From a virus (taxonomy: Duplodnaviria; Caudoviricetes), in IMG/VR virus record IMGVR_UViG_3300036806_000195, positions 1 through 59,712 of that record: a stretch of DNA of 59,712 bases; one strand, written 5' to 3'. The position numbers and the translations under genes are program-made. Below the pieces are notes generated by a model that was not told where the DNA came from, did no database searches, and saw only the letters and a list, made by a program, of their open reading frames with translations. Positions within the stretch are counted from its first letter, which is position 1; each line of letters begins with the position of its first letter. Positions 7,746 to 17,749 of this stretch are shown piece after piece.

Positions 7746-8405
7746 ATGGATGAGGAACGCAAAGTATGGGAACAGAATATAGAGCAAGGGGAGCCTGATC
7801 TCTGGTATGGTCGGTTCGTCAAATTCATGCGCTTGGGAACTAGACGCTCCGTGAACGCTATATTTCAAAAAGAAGCCAAGAAAAGCCAAGAGAAAACAAG
7901 AACGAATGCGGGCCCAGAATGGTACGAAGCTGCAAAACAATGGAATTGGGCTCAAAGAGCAAAAGAGTATGATACATATCAAAGATCGGAAGAAGACAGG
8001 ATTATAGAAGAGGAACGAGAGAAAGTGCTTAGATCTGGCTTTGCTTTGCAGCATAAGCGTATCGAGTTACTTGATAAGCTCTCTCGCAAGTTGATCAGAT
8101 ATGCCAACGATGAGGAAAAGGTATGGATTCCGGAGACGAAAACAACCTCATTTGGAGAGGATAAGTCGCAAGTCGTCGAGAAAGTCACGTTCAATGCTCC
8201 ACTCTTTCAGCAGATTAGGAGTTACCAGGCGGACATAGCCGCTGAAATGGGAGAGCGAGTCAAGAAAACTGAAATCACCGGCAAGAATGGCGGCCCTATT
8301 CAGATGGAACGTGATCCAAACCTACAACTTCTCACAGATGAAGAATTAGCGCAAGCCCAACGTCTTGCAACACAGCTTTCAAGCAGGCAGGAAGGTATTG
8401 AATGA
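7746..8405 (+). CDS. terS: Terminase small subunit
   Basis: position before TerL; W..RA..YD motif; C-terminal EITGKNGGPIQ and LTDEEL. Confidence 0.75.
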   Translation: MDEERKVWEQNIEQGEPDLWYGRFVKFMRLGTRRSVNAIFQKEAKKSQEKTRTNAGPEWYEAAKQWNWAQRAKEYDTYQRSEEDRIIEEEREKVLRSGFALQHKRIELLDKLSRKLIRYANDEEKVWIPETKTTSFGEDKSQVVEKVTFNAPLFQQIRSYQADIAAEMGERVKKTEITGKNGGPIQMERDPNLQLLTDEELAQAQRLATQLSSRQEGIE

Positions 8406-9973
8406 CATCAGTGTTGCAAGACCTAGTAGATAGCCGCAAAATAGCGAATGAAGTGCGTGAACGAGCTCGGGAGTCATTCAATGCTTTTATTCGTCTTGCA
8501 TGGGATGTTGTTGAGCCTGGTGTGCCTCTGCTATGGAATTGGCATATTGATGCAATTGCAGAGCATCTAGAGGCAGTATATAGCGGTGAGATTAATCGAT
8601 TTATCTGTAATATAGCACCTGGCCATGCAAAGTCAACGATCTTCAGTGTGATGTTTCCCTGCTGGATGTGGATCAAGAATCCTACCACGAGATGGCTTTG
8701 TGCCTCTCACAGCCTAGATTTAGCTATTCGGGATAGTCGCAATTGTCGTAATCTTATTGAGTCGGAATGGTTTCAAATGTGCTTTGGAGATATCTTTCAG
8801 CTCTCTGGAGACCAGAATGTAAAAAGCTTCTTTGAAAATAATCACCGTGGCTATCGAATGGCTCTCTCAGTTGGATCAAAGAGCGGAACAGGGAAGCGGG
8901 GCACACATCTGCTTATAGATGATCCAAATAACGCGGAAGCAGGTGAATCCGACATTGAAAAAACCATCAGGTGGTTTGGCAATACATGGATGAGTCGCAT
9001 CAATTCGTACGAAACAGGGGCCATGATAGTTGTTGGGCAGAGGGTAGGTGAAAAAGATCTTACAGGTCATATTCTTGAGCTTGGCGGTTGGGAACATCTT
9101 TGTTTGCCTGAAGAATTTGAGCCTGACCGTAAAAGTTTTACCTGTATCGTGTCCAACTCAAATAGTCCATATGCATGGAAAGGGTGTGACCCTCGCAAGG
9201 AAGAGGGTGAAGTGCTCTGGACTAATAAGTTCCCTAAAGAAATTCTCGATAACCTTAAGAAGTCAGTTGGAAGTTTCACGTATGCATCTCAGTTCCAGCA
9301 ACGCCCTGCACCCGCTGGAGGAGGACATTTCAAACAAGGCTGGTTTAGGTATTTCACCGAAGAGCGTGAGTACTATCAGCTAGAAACGTCTGAAGGCCTG
9401 AAGCGGATACTCAAGACATCCTGCTGGCTCTTTATGACTGAAGACCTAGCAATCTCGCAAAAAACCACAGCAGATTACACGGTCTTTTGCATTTGGGCCG
9501 TGACTCCTGAGAAAGACCTGTTACTCATAGCTCGACTGCGTGCACGCCTAGATAACCCCGAACAACAAAAGCAGACAGAACTATTCTATTATCGGTACCT
9601 CCCTGAATACATAAAAATAGAGTCAATAGCCTATCAATTGGCATTAGTGCAGCAATTGCGTTCACGTGGACTTCCAATCAAGCGATACAATCCAATCAAG
9701 GACAAAGTATCACGTGCTACCACAGCAGCCGTCTATTATGAGGCAGGTAAGGTATTCCATCCTAAACGTGCGAGTTGGCTTGTTGAGTGGGAAGATGAGC
9801 TTCTAGCTTTCCCGTTCGGAGCGCACGACGATCAAGTAGATAATGCGTCAATGGCATGTGATGAGATGGCTAGACCAAGAGGGGGTGGTATAGTTATCGA
9901 TACTGAGCCGGCAAAACAACACCAACAAGAACAACAGCAGTATGAAGAGGAGGATGAATTAGCATGGCGATAA
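8402..9973 (+). CDS. terL: Terminase large subunit
   Basis: NIAPGHAKST Walker A, LLIDDP Walker B, YASQFQQRP, C-terminal FPFGAHDDQVD nuclease motif. Confidence 0.95.
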   Translation: MTSVLQDLVDSRKIANEVRERARESFNAFIRLAWDVVEPGVPLLWNWHIDAIAEHLEAVYSGEINRFICNIAPGHAKSTIFSVMFPCWMWIKNPTTRWLCASHSLDLAIRDSRNCRNLIESEWFQMCFGDIFQLSGDQNVKSFFENNHRGYRMALSVGSKSGTGKRGTHLLIDDPNNAEAGESDIEKTIRWFGNTWMSRINSYETGAMIVVGQRVGEKDLTGHILELGGWEHLCLPEEFEPDRKSFTCIVSNSNSPYAWKGCDPRKEEGEVLWTNKFPKEILDNLKKSVGSFTYASQFQQRPAPAGGGHFKQGWFRYFTEEREYYQLETSEGLKRILKTSCWLFMTEDLAISQKTTADYTVFCIWAVTPEKDLLLIARLRARLDNPEQQKQTELFYYRYLPEYIKIESIAYQLALVQQLRSRGLPIKRYNPIKDKVSRATTAAVYYEAGKVFHPKRASWLVEWEDELLAFPFGAHDDQVDNASMACDEMARPRGGGIVIDTEPAKQHQQEQQQYEEEDELAWR

Positions 9974-12042
9974 GCTTCCCCAACTGGCTACGCATCCCTA
10001 AACGCCGTTCCCGTATAACAGAACGCCCATTCCAAGCACCTGCCTATCCCCCTAACTCTCATACCTCAGAGATGTATGAGCGTAATGTGGGACTCATCAA
10101 CTTTGAAGAGGCAACCAAGAGGAGTGCAAAAGCCCCTGTTTCCAGAGGGCCTAAAAACCTCTCTATGGCATGGGATGATACTTCTTTCGGGCTTGTGCGT
10201 GAGGGCTCTCAGGATGATAGGCAGAAGAAAGAGACCTGCTACTTGGTCTATTGCGGCAACCAGTGGGTTTCAGGGTGCGTAGATACGACTGCTGAGCGCA
10301 TGATATCTGGTGGCTGGGAGACTGTTGAGGTAGAACGAGGCAAGGGTAGTTCTAAAAATCAAGCAAGAGTAAAACAGCTATTTGACTTTGAGGATATAGA
10401 AGAGGATTTCTTACAGTTTTTCAACTCAATTGCAACGGATTTGCTTATATTTGGCGAAGCCTTTGCTGAGATGACATACGGCCCTGACGGCTTGGTAGCG
10501 AACCTCTACACAGTAGACTCTATAACTATGACGACACACTTTGATATGCATGGTGTCATCACAGGGTATACGCAACGCTTAGAGAAGAGTACTGAGGTTG
10601 TAAGATTTGAGCCGCGTGAGATTATCAGATGGTGGCTGCCAGATCCTAAATCGAAAAAGAAAGCGCTCTCTCCCATTGAAAAGCTGAAAGACCCAGTATT
10701 TTTAGATCGATCAATGGTGACGTGGGGTGAAAAGTTCTTTCGCCAAGGCGGGAAACCAAGTTACTGGGTAGGCATGGGGCCAGACTCCAATGAGGTTGAC
10801 GCAAGTAGATATATCAAGTGGTACAAAGAGAATTATACTGGCATGGAGAATGCACATATCCCTCCTGTGATGTATGGTGGGAGTGAGATACACGAATATG
10901 GTAAAGGTTCTATTGAGCTTGATTTTGATAAGAGCCAGGATAACCAGCGTGATAGAGCTTTGGTTGTTTATGGTGTTCCTCCAGCTATGTTGGGTATTAT
11001 CGAGAGTGGGAACATTGGAGGTGGAACGGGAGAATCTCAAAACAAGTCATTTATCTATAATAAGGTCATCCCATTAGAAAACCGTATTCTTGAGAAGCTG
11101 AATTATAGAGCAGTGAAACAAGGACTATTTATTGAGGACTGGAAAGTAAAGACGCGTCATGCGGATTATCGCGATGATAAGGATATTGCGGAAATTGAGA
11201 ACAAAGAGATCGGCAATGGGACGCTCACAAGAAATGAGGCACGCCAAGAACGAGGCCGTACAGAGGTACCAGGTGGCGACGTGCCAACTATCACTACTGG
11301 CAATGCCATCACTCCTGTAGCTCGCTTACAGACAATGGAGCAAGAGCAGACGCAGCATGCTCAACTCTCATTGCAAGGCGCTCAGCAGGCTATGCAGAAG
11401 CTTGCTCAGGGTGACCAGGATAACTCAGACAATCAAGACCAGCCTCCGGAGGATAAGCAACCTCAGCAGAAGGACAAGAATGCCAAGGCAAAAGAGGCTC
11501 TCTATCGCCAATGGCTAAGAGAAGATCTGATCGAAGCGAATAATACTGGGGTCATGGTAGCCTTCTTTTTGAAGCCTAGCGAGGCTCAAGCGCTGGTCTT
11601 AGACACTGGTGAGCCTATAGACGAGCTGCATTGCACGTTGGCATTCCTGGGGGACAAGAGTCAGCTAGGGGATACTGAGGCGCTCAAGAGAGCAGTGCAA
11701 ACCTATGCTGAGAATGCTTTTACTCTGCAAGGGTGCGTATCTGGCATAGGCCGCTTTACGTCAGTACCCGATGGTGAGCCTACTCCTGTCTATGCTTCGG
11801 TAGATGCTCCCGGGCTGCCTGAGTGGCGTCAAGATCTAGTGAAGACCTTGCAAGATGCTGGTTTCCCTCCTGATACCGCACACGGCTATACACCTCATAT
11901 AACCCTCTCGTATATCCCTGTTAGTGATCCTATGCCAATAGAGAGTGTTCCTGCTATTGATCTGAGCTTTGATCTGCTCTGGCTGGCAATTGGTGATGAG
12001 CGATATGCATATGCATTAGAGAGGGAAGAAGATAATGGCTAG
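9964..12042 (+). CDS. Portal protein with C-terminal 2H phosphoesterase domain
   Basis: DLLIFGEAF, VYGVPPAMLG, LTRNEARQERG portal motifs; Q/D-rich linker; LHCTLAF and PHITLSY HxT motifs. Confidence 0.88.
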   Translation: MAISFPNWLRIPKRRSRITERPFQAPAYPPNSHTSEMYERNVGLINFEEATKRSAKAPVSRGPKNLSMAWDDTSFGLVREGSQDDRQKKETCYLVYCGNQWVSGCVDTTAERMISGGWETVEVERGKGSSKNQARVKQLFDFEDIEEDFLQFFNSIATDLLIFGEAFAEMTYGPDGLVANLYTVDSITMTTHFDMHGVITGYTQRLEKSTEVVRFEPREIIRWWLPDPKSKKKALSPIEKLKDPVFLDRSMVTWGEKFFRQGGKPSYWVGMGPDSNEVDASRYIKWYKENYTGMENAHIPPVMYGGSEIHEYGKGSIELDFDKSQDNQRDRALVVYGVPPAMLGIIESGNIGGGTGESQNKSFIYNKVIPLENRILEKLNYRAVKQGLFIEDWKVKTRHADYRDDKDIAEIENKEIGNGTLTRNEARQERGRTEVPGGDVPTITTGNAITPVARLQTMEQEQTQHAQLSLQGAQQAMQKLAQGDQDNSDNQDQPPEDKQPQQKDKNAKAKEALYRQWLREDLIEANNTGVMVAFFLKPSEAQALVLDTGEPIDELHCTLAFLGDKSQLGDTEALKRAVQTYAENAFTLQGCVSGIGRFTSVPDGEPTPVYASVDAPGLPEWRQDLVKTLQDAGFPPDTAHGYTPHITLSYIPVSDPMPIESVPAIDLSFDLLWLAIGDERYAYALEREEDNG

Positions 12043-12379
12043 AATAACTGAACTGAAGAGGATTTATAGACATCGAACTGAGGAAGAGATGCACAATGCA
12101 TTGCAGCAGTTTATCGATGGTAAGCATGAGTTGCGCATTCCTCCCTACGAAGAAGACGCTGATATGGTATTAGGGGATGTGATCAATGAGCTTCTAGAGG
12201 CAAGGAAGAAGCTTGCCGTGCTTAATGCTCTGGTAGAACGGCTGCTTCCTGATAGTCAGGCACGTGAAGATGCGCTAGAACGGGCAAGTTCCGAAAAGGT
12301 GATAGAGCCATGTATAGAACTGCTACAACCTGTGAAGACTCCTTTGTATGACCTAATGCGGGAAGGAAAGAAGGAATGA
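12035..12379 (+). CDS. hypothetical protein
   Basis: coupled ORF after portal. Confidence 0.6.
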   Translation: MARITELKRIYRHRTEEEMHNALQQFIDGKHELRIPPYEEDADMVLGDVINELLEARKKLAVLNALVERLLPDSQAREDALERASSEKVIEPCIELLQPVKTPLYDLMREGKKE

Positions 12380-12573
12380 AACGCGCTATCACATGTGATA
12401 AGATGCATCGTAAGCTTGCTATGATCGATCAAACTTCTATACACTTATATTGCAAGGGATGCAAAGAAGACCATAGCATAGCGCGTGAGGAGATCAATAG
12501 GATGTGGTCCCAATTCGATGAACAACAATCTAAGCAAGAGACTAGTACATCAGAACAACGCGTGCTATACTAG
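12376..12573 (+). CDS. small zinc-ribbon protein, possibly Com-like RNA-binding regulator
   Basis: ITCDKMHRKLA...LYCKGCK; followed by GAGCC repeats. Confidence 0.5.
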   Translation: MKRAITCDKMHRKLAMIDQTSIHLYCKGCKEDHSIAREEINRMWSQFDEQQSKQETSTSEQRVLY

Positions 12574-12580
12574 TGCTAAT

Positions 12581-12669
12581 GGTTGCCTGTAGCTCAGTTG
12601 GTAGAGCGGCGTCGATATGCTTGACAGAGGACGCTCTGTCGTGGGTTCGAGTCCCACCAGGCAACCCCA
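12581..12669 (+). ncRNA. tRNA-like RNA with extended acceptor stem, CCA end and 16-nt anticodon loop
   Basis: ggttgcctg/caggcaacc+CCA, canonical D-arm gctc-agttggta-gagc, T-arm gtggg-ttcgagt-cccac; TGCTATACT promoter at 12563. Confidence 0.7.
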
Positions 12670-12683
12670 ACTGAATACGCAAC

Positions 12684-12740
12684 CATAGAGCCAAGAGCCA
12701 TAGAGCCAAGAGCCAACCTTTCGGGGTTAGGCTCTTTTTT
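12684..12740 (+). terminator. Four GAGCC repeats overlapping an intrinsic terminator
   Basis: (catagagccaagagc)x2, then agagccaacc-tttcg-gggttaggctct followed by a T run. Confidence 0.7.
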
Positions 12741-12758
12741 TATTGTCGAGAGGTACCA

Positions 12759-13916
12759 ATGGAAGACCGCATAGCTAGCATTAAATCCTATTTCTTACAG
12801 GACGATGCCATATCTCTGAATGGCCGTAAATATCCCAAGGAGACTGTTGACCGTCTTTTGCTCCATGCTCAAGAGCAACTTGCAGATCCGAATGCCCTCC
12901 CACTTACCTGCTACCTCTCACATGATGATGCTTGGCTTGACGCAACGCGTAATATCGTTGGCAAGATTGTGGGTATAGGCCGCGAACGAGACTGGCTTTA
13001 CGCTATGATCGATGTACCAGACACTCAGGCAGGCCATGATGCTGCCGAGCTTACCAAGGGTGGCTATATCCGATCACAGAGCTTGCGTGCTATCAATGCT
13101 GAGATGTTCATAGACAAGAACGAGCCTCTTCCTTTGGTCGGTGGTCAAAACATTTGTCTCACTGGCATTGATTTCACTTCATCGCCTGGCATTCCTAATG
13201 CACGCGTAGAATACGTTTCAGAATCATCTGAATCTAAAGAACCTCAAAATATCCGAGAAATCTTTCACACTTCTAAAGACACTCTACTCATTGAAGAATT
13301 CACACGTCAGGAGAGCAAGGATATTCCTGCATCTCCTAAAGAAAAGGAGCAATCTATGACACCAGAGGAAAAAGCTCAGCTCCTGAAGGAGTTCAGGGAA
13401 TCTCTCCTAGCTGAACAGCAACAGCAGAAGGAAGCTGAGAAGCACCCACCGCAAGGGGGCGACGCTACTATTCCTGTTCAGACCAAGCCGACCGCTGAGG
13501 ATGCATTGAAGGTCCTGCAAGAGGCTGGCTACACAGTCGCAGCCCCCAAGACGCAAGAGGAGATCATGCAAGAGAAAGCTGATCAGATGCTTGCGAAGAT
13601 GAGAGAGGAATTCGATCAGAAGCTTGCAGAGGAGATGAAAAAGTTTCAGCCTCGCTTCCCTGCCCAAAGAAAAAGCATGGTTGAAGGCTCAAATGCAGAG
13701 GAGAAGCCAGCGAAGAAGCCCTACTACCGCAATGGGGACTACTTAAAAGAGCAGATGCGGGATGTAAATGTGCGTCTTGATTTACTTGACCGCTCAAAGC
13801 CAAGGCCAGAGTGGTACAACGCCGAACGGATGCTCAAGGAGCTTGAAGTCGAGCTGATGGGTATCATGGATGCTCAGCATAGCTTTGATAATAGCTTACA
13901 GATGGGAGAAGTATAA
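12759..13916 (+). CDS. Prohead protease/scaffold protein
   Basis: N-terminal SLNGRKYP...SH...SLR...GIDFTSSPG protease-like domain, charged coiled-coil C-terminus; precedes MCP. Confidence 0.75.
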   Translation: MEDRIASIKSYFLQDDAISLNGRKYPKETVDRLLLHAQEQLADPNALPLTCYLSHDDAWLDATRNIVGKIVGIGRERDWLYAMIDVPDTQAGHDAAELTKGGYIRSQSLRAINAEMFIDKNEPLPLVGGQNICLTGIDFTSSPGIPNARVEYVSESSESKEPQNIREIFHTSKDTLLIEEFTRQESKDIPASPKEKEQSMTPEEKAQLLKEFRESLLAEQQQQKEAEKHPPQGGDATIPVQTKPTAEDALKVLQEAGYTVAAPKTQEEIMQEKADQMLAKMREEFDQKLAEEMKKFQPRFPAQRKSMVEGSNAEEKPAKKPYYRNGDYLKEQMRDVNVRLDLLDRSKPRPEWYNAERMLKELEVELMGIMDAQHSFDNSLQMGEV

Positions 13917-13917
13917 T

Positions 13918-15369
13918 ATGCCAGCATCGCTTCAAGAAATCAGAGAGGCCTTTAGTCTGGCTTCATCTGGAGGTGCTCTCAATCTTGTTCTGAAACAAAT
14001 TGACAGCGTGCTTACTGATCTACAGAGAAAATGGGGTCCATTGGGGAGAGCTATCCCGCGTCGCACATGGGAAACAGATATCTTTTTCTTCAACAAAAGA
14101 ACAGCACTTCCCCAGCCTCAACATACAACAGAAGCCCCTCCTACCAGTGGCGTGGGCTCAGTAGCAGCAAGCAATTCTGTTTATACTCAGGGGCAATTCC
14201 CGATTAAGCATACAGAATCGATTGGGGATCTCAGTAAATTCACTGTGCAAGTTGCACGTGCCAACGGTAACCTGTTCGATCTCGAATTAGGCGCTCATGC
14301 TAAGGCTATGGAGTGGCTAGAGGAAACGACGCACATTTATGGGTCGTCTCAGGCCACGCTCAACACGAAGAGACCTCAGTGGGACGGGATCGATTTGATG
14401 GTTGCCAATGCTAATAAAATCGATGCCAATACAGCAGTGCTCGCATTGGGCATGATGGACAATGCTATTGATGCAGTGCGTGGTCGCTATGCGCAAGAGC
14501 TTGGCACGGACTACTTTTGGATGATGAGCCCAAAGATGCAATCAGCCGTGAATACTCTTCATGTTCAGAATGCGCATTATGTTCAGCAAATGACTCGCAT
14601 GTTCTTGAGAGACGACTATGGTGATCCAAATGCGCCTGTCGCTGACAATGCTATAGACGGAGGCGTAGAAGTCCAGACTTACCGTAACATTCCGATTGTG
14701 GTTTCTTCGTTTATGGGCAACCAAGGAAGCATGGGTACTGTCTCAACGACTGGCAATACTGGCTCTGGCTCCAGTCTCTTGGCTGCGACCACCTACTACT
14801 ACCGGGTGGAAGCGGTCACGCGCTACGGTTTGACTACTGCTTCTGCGGAGGCTTCACAAGCCCCTTCTGCTGACGGAAAGAACGTCGCGCTTTCCTGGAC
14901 AACCCCACAGACTACCGATGCTGACGGCAATATCATTGATATTATTGGCTATCGCGTATTCCGTGGCACCTCTAGCGGTCAAACCAGCCTTTATGCACTT
15001 GTTGCTGCCTATGACATCACCAGTGATGCAGCTGTTACCTCGTTCACAGATACTGGATTGATTCAAAATCCTGCCTCGTCTACTGGCTCTGCTCTCTACT
15101 GGGCTACCGTCGCTAGTTCTGGCGGAAATGCAGTCTCTGACGAGGTGACCTTCCCACGCGTGCAGACTGGTACTCAGATCGTTGAGGACATCTTCCTCAT
15201 CCCACGTGATCCTGACATCTTGCTCTGCCCAGAAGTGAATCCCATCCAGACAGAGCTCCTTGCCGTTGTGAACGCGAGGTCTCGCCAATTTGCGCTAACT
15301 GCTGACAAGACGCTTGCGTTACGTGCACCGGCCTATGCTGCCAAGATCTCGAGAGTGAGGGCTGCATAA
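13918..15369 (+). CDS. Major capsid protein with internal FN3/Ig-like insertion
   Basis: QWDGID, WMMSP, YRNIPIVVS capsid-like segments; YYYRVEAV...VALSWT...GYRVFRG insert. Confidence 0.8.
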   Translation: MPASLQEIREAFSLASSGGALNLVLKQIDSVLTDLQRKWGPLGRAIPRRTWETDIFFFNKRTALPQPQHTTEAPPTSGVGSVAASNSVYTQGQFPIKHTESIGDLSKFTVQVARANGNLFDLELGAHAKAMEWLEETTHIYGSSQATLNTKRPQWDGIDLMVANANKIDANTAVLALGMMDNAIDAVRGRYAQELGTDYFWMMSPKMQSAVNTLHVQNAHYVQQMTRMFLRDDYGDPNAPVADNAIDGGVEVQTYRNIPIVVSSFMGNQGSMGTVSTTGNTGSGSSLLAATTYYYRVEAVTRYGLTTASAEASQAPSADGKNVALSWTTPQTTDADGNIIDIIGYRVFRGTSSGQTSLYALVAAYDITSDAAVTSFTDTGLIQNPASSTGSALYWATVASSGGNAVSDEVTFPRVQTGTQIVEDIFLIPRDPDILLCPEVNPIQTELLAVVNARSRQFALTADKTLALRAPAYAAKISRVRAA

Positions 15370-15627
15370 GTGGCGAAATATCAGAAGAAAACGGTCATTG
15401 TAGACGCTGTCCAGTTTGATCCTGGTCAAAATCCATGGCCTGAAGGAGTAAAACCCTGGAGAGATAATCAACCTCGTCCAAGGGATATGAGCCATGGGTA
15501 CATAGACACGTCTAAGGGTAGAACATCAGTTGTGGCAGGCGATTGGATTGTTGTGGAACAAGGCAAGAAGTCTGTCTGTAAGCCAGAAGTTTTTGAGGCT
15601 ACTTATGTGCCTGCGGAGGTGATTTGA
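15370..15627 (+). CDS. conserved phage protein
   Basis: KYQKKTVIVDAVQF...GDWIV...CKPEVFEATY pattern. Confidence 0.7.
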   Translation: MAKYQKKTVIVDAVQFDPGQNPWPEGVKPWRDNQPRPRDMSHGYIDTSKGRTSVVAGDWIVVEQGKKSVCKPEVFEATYVPAEVI

Positions 15628-16034
15628 TGTCGATACTTTTCTGTCACCCAGAGAAAGATGATGGATCTGTTGTCATGTCTGAAGAGCGAATCGGAGGACA
15701 GCTTACTCCTGAAAGACGCTATCAGCACATTGGCCATTTCTTAGAAGTTGATGCTCCTCCTAATGCCAGGGAGCATGACATCGAACAGCTTCAGCAGCTT
15801 GGTTATCGATTAGCTACTGCTGAAGAGCAAAACAAGTTCACGAAGCAGAAAAAGAAAAGCCAGACGGTTGATGAAACCCTGCCTCCCAAAAGCGAGGAGA
15901 CTCCTCAAGTTGGAACTGGCGATCAAGGAGAGGATATTCCACCTGTAGTTCCGCCTGAGAATGAGTCTACCAATCCCACGCAGCAAGAAACGCCCACTGT
16001 GGATTCTCTGCCAAAAGATCACAAGAAGAAATAG
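15627..16034 (+). CDS. hypothetical virion-associated protein
   Basis: GGAGG RBS; low-complexity C-terminus. Confidence 0.6.
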   Translation: MSILFCHPEKDDGSVVMSEERIGGQLTPERRYQHIGHFLEVDAPPNAREHDIEQLQQLGYRLATAEEQNKFTKQKKKSQTVDETLPPKSEETPQVGTGDQGEDIPPVVPPENESTNPTQQETPTVDSLPKDHKKK

Positions 16035-16054
16035 CTATCAAAAAGAGGGAAGAC

Positions 16055-16981
16055 ATGCCTAGACTCTATCTCACTCCAAGTGAAATACTCGAAATGCCAA
16101 TCGGTTTGGGGCTGTCTTCTTCTCTCTCCGCTCTCTCTTCTGAACAAATAGGCAAACTTTTAGCACGTGCTAGTCAGAGCTGTGACAGCGAGTGCAGAAG
16201 GAGACTGCAAGCCCCGGGGAGTACCACTCTTGCTCAATCATGTAGTGCTGGAGCAACACAAATTTCTGTTAGCTCAACAAACACCCTTGATGAGTTGGAT
16301 GAGCAAGCTGTGCAGATTGGCACTGGAGGCAACCAAGAGACGATCCTCATAGAGCCAGGCGGGGTAACTGTCACAACCTGGACGGGTTCTTATCCAGGCT
16401 CTATTAATCTCGCAAGTGGATTGCAGTTCTCTCATAGTTCATCCGAGCCTGTAGTCTTTCTCTATAAAGAGACGACAGAAGCTGGGGGATCATCTAGCTC
16501 AGATCCATATGCACAGGCAGCCCTTACACAAGAGACTCAGATTGCAGAGTCTCACATGGGTGGCATGTGGCAAGGTGGTGGACTAACCCGTGTCGTGTTC
16601 CTAAAAGCATATCCAATTATAAATATATCAGCCATAGAACATGCATTCTCGTTTGCAAGTCAATTTAATACAGTTGATGTTAGTGCTCAGGTTCCATTGC
16701 CAAGTGAGGGCTGGTATAGATTTGAGCCCGGAACCATGATCCTGCGCGAAGGTATCATGCGTACAACATACACTGGAGGGTTTCAGACTGTACCGGACGA
16801 CATCAAAGAAGCAACATCGCTCTTCTTTGCGGTTCAGATGAGGCAGATGATCAATCCGTATGGAACGATTGAACTGCATTTGGGGAAACGTAGACAGAAG
16901 TGGGCTGCAACTGGAAATGATAAAGATCCTTTAATAGAGCAGGCTTGTAGCATACTCAAGAAGTACAAGAGAACAGTATGA
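16055..16981 (+). CDS. Head-tail connector/adaptor protein
   Basis: YLTPSE..., TYTGGFQTVPDDIKEAT, ILKKYKR termini; position after capsid genes. Confidence 0.7.
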   Translation: MPRLYLTPSEILEMPIGLGLSSSLSALSSEQIGKLLARASQSCDSECRRRLQAPGSTTLAQSCSAGATQISVSSTNTLDELDEQAVQIGTGGNQETILIEPGGVTVTTWTGSYPGSINLASGLQFSHSSSEPVVFLYKETTEAGGSSSSDPYAQAALTQETQIAESHMGGMWQGGGLTRVVFLKAYPIINISAIEHAFSFASQFNTVDVSAQVPLPSEGWYRFEPGTMILREGIMRTTYTGGFQTVPDDIKEATSLFFAVQMRQMINPYGTIELHLGKRRQKWAATGNDKDPLIEQACSILKKYKRTV

Positions 16982-17280
16982 GTACCTTAACGCATGTCAC
17001 TCAAAAACGCTCTAATATTGTCATCAAAGATAATATTTATGTCCAAATAGATGAAAATGAGGACATGCGCATCAAAAGCAATATGGGAGGTGCTGAACCT
17101 TCCTTCTCGCATTGGATCTATACCATTGGTGGGACGGTTGACATACGGATTGGAGACTTGCTCATAGACCAGAGTGCGGATATTGCAGGTCAAATCAACT
17201 CTTATAGAGTAGCAGGTAGACCTGAGCACTTTGACTTCGACCACTCAGAGATACCTGCAGATCTCATAGGGGGTACGTGA
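16978..17280 (+). CDS. Putative head-closure protein
   Basis: size, position, DIRIGDLL...YRV. Confidence 0.5.
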   Translation: MSTLTHVTQKRSNIVIKDNIYVQIDENEDMRIKSNMGGAEPSFSHWIYTIGGTVDIRIGDLLIDQSADIAGQINSYRVAGRPEHFDFDHSEIPADLIGGT

Positions 17281-17281
17281 T

Positions 17282-17707
17282 ATGTCGGATCTGCTCTCAT
17301 TTAGCTATACAATCGATCCTACAGCACTTACCAAGATCAAGCAATTTGCAGGATGGCAATTGGTTCTTGAGGATGAGCTGTTAAAGGCTCACAAGAAGGG
17401 CACCGAGAGCTTACAAAACGCCGCGAGAGCTAACATGCATTGGAAGAATCCGACGCATAAGCTTGAGGGGAGCCTCAAACCAAAGGTTGAGAATCCATAT
17501 GCGAGCTGGATGGGAACAGATTTGCCATATGCAAAAAGGAGAAACTACGGGTTTTCGGGTAAAAGTGACTCTCTTGGCCGCTATTTTGCCCACGACCCAG
17601 GCCAGTTTTATATGGATAACGCAGTGAAGCAAAAGAAATCTGAAATTGGGTCTATATTCGGTGAAGCTTTAGATGCTGCTCTTGCTCGTTTGAGTGCAGG
17701 AAGTTAA
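17282..17707 (+). CDS. HK97 gp10-like neck/tail component
   Basis: THKLEGSL, TDLPYAKRRNYG, PGQFYM motifs. Confidence 0.6.
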   Translation: MSDLLSFSYTIDPTALTKIKQFAGWQLVLEDELLKAHKKGTESLQNAARANMHWKNPTHKLEGSLKPKVENPYASWMGTDLPYAKRRNYGFSGKSDSLGRYFAHDPGQFYMDNAVKQKKSEIGSIFGEALDAALARLSAGS

Positions 17708-17749
17708 CAGGAGGCATACTATGATGCATACCTCCTCCTGGTTTATTAG

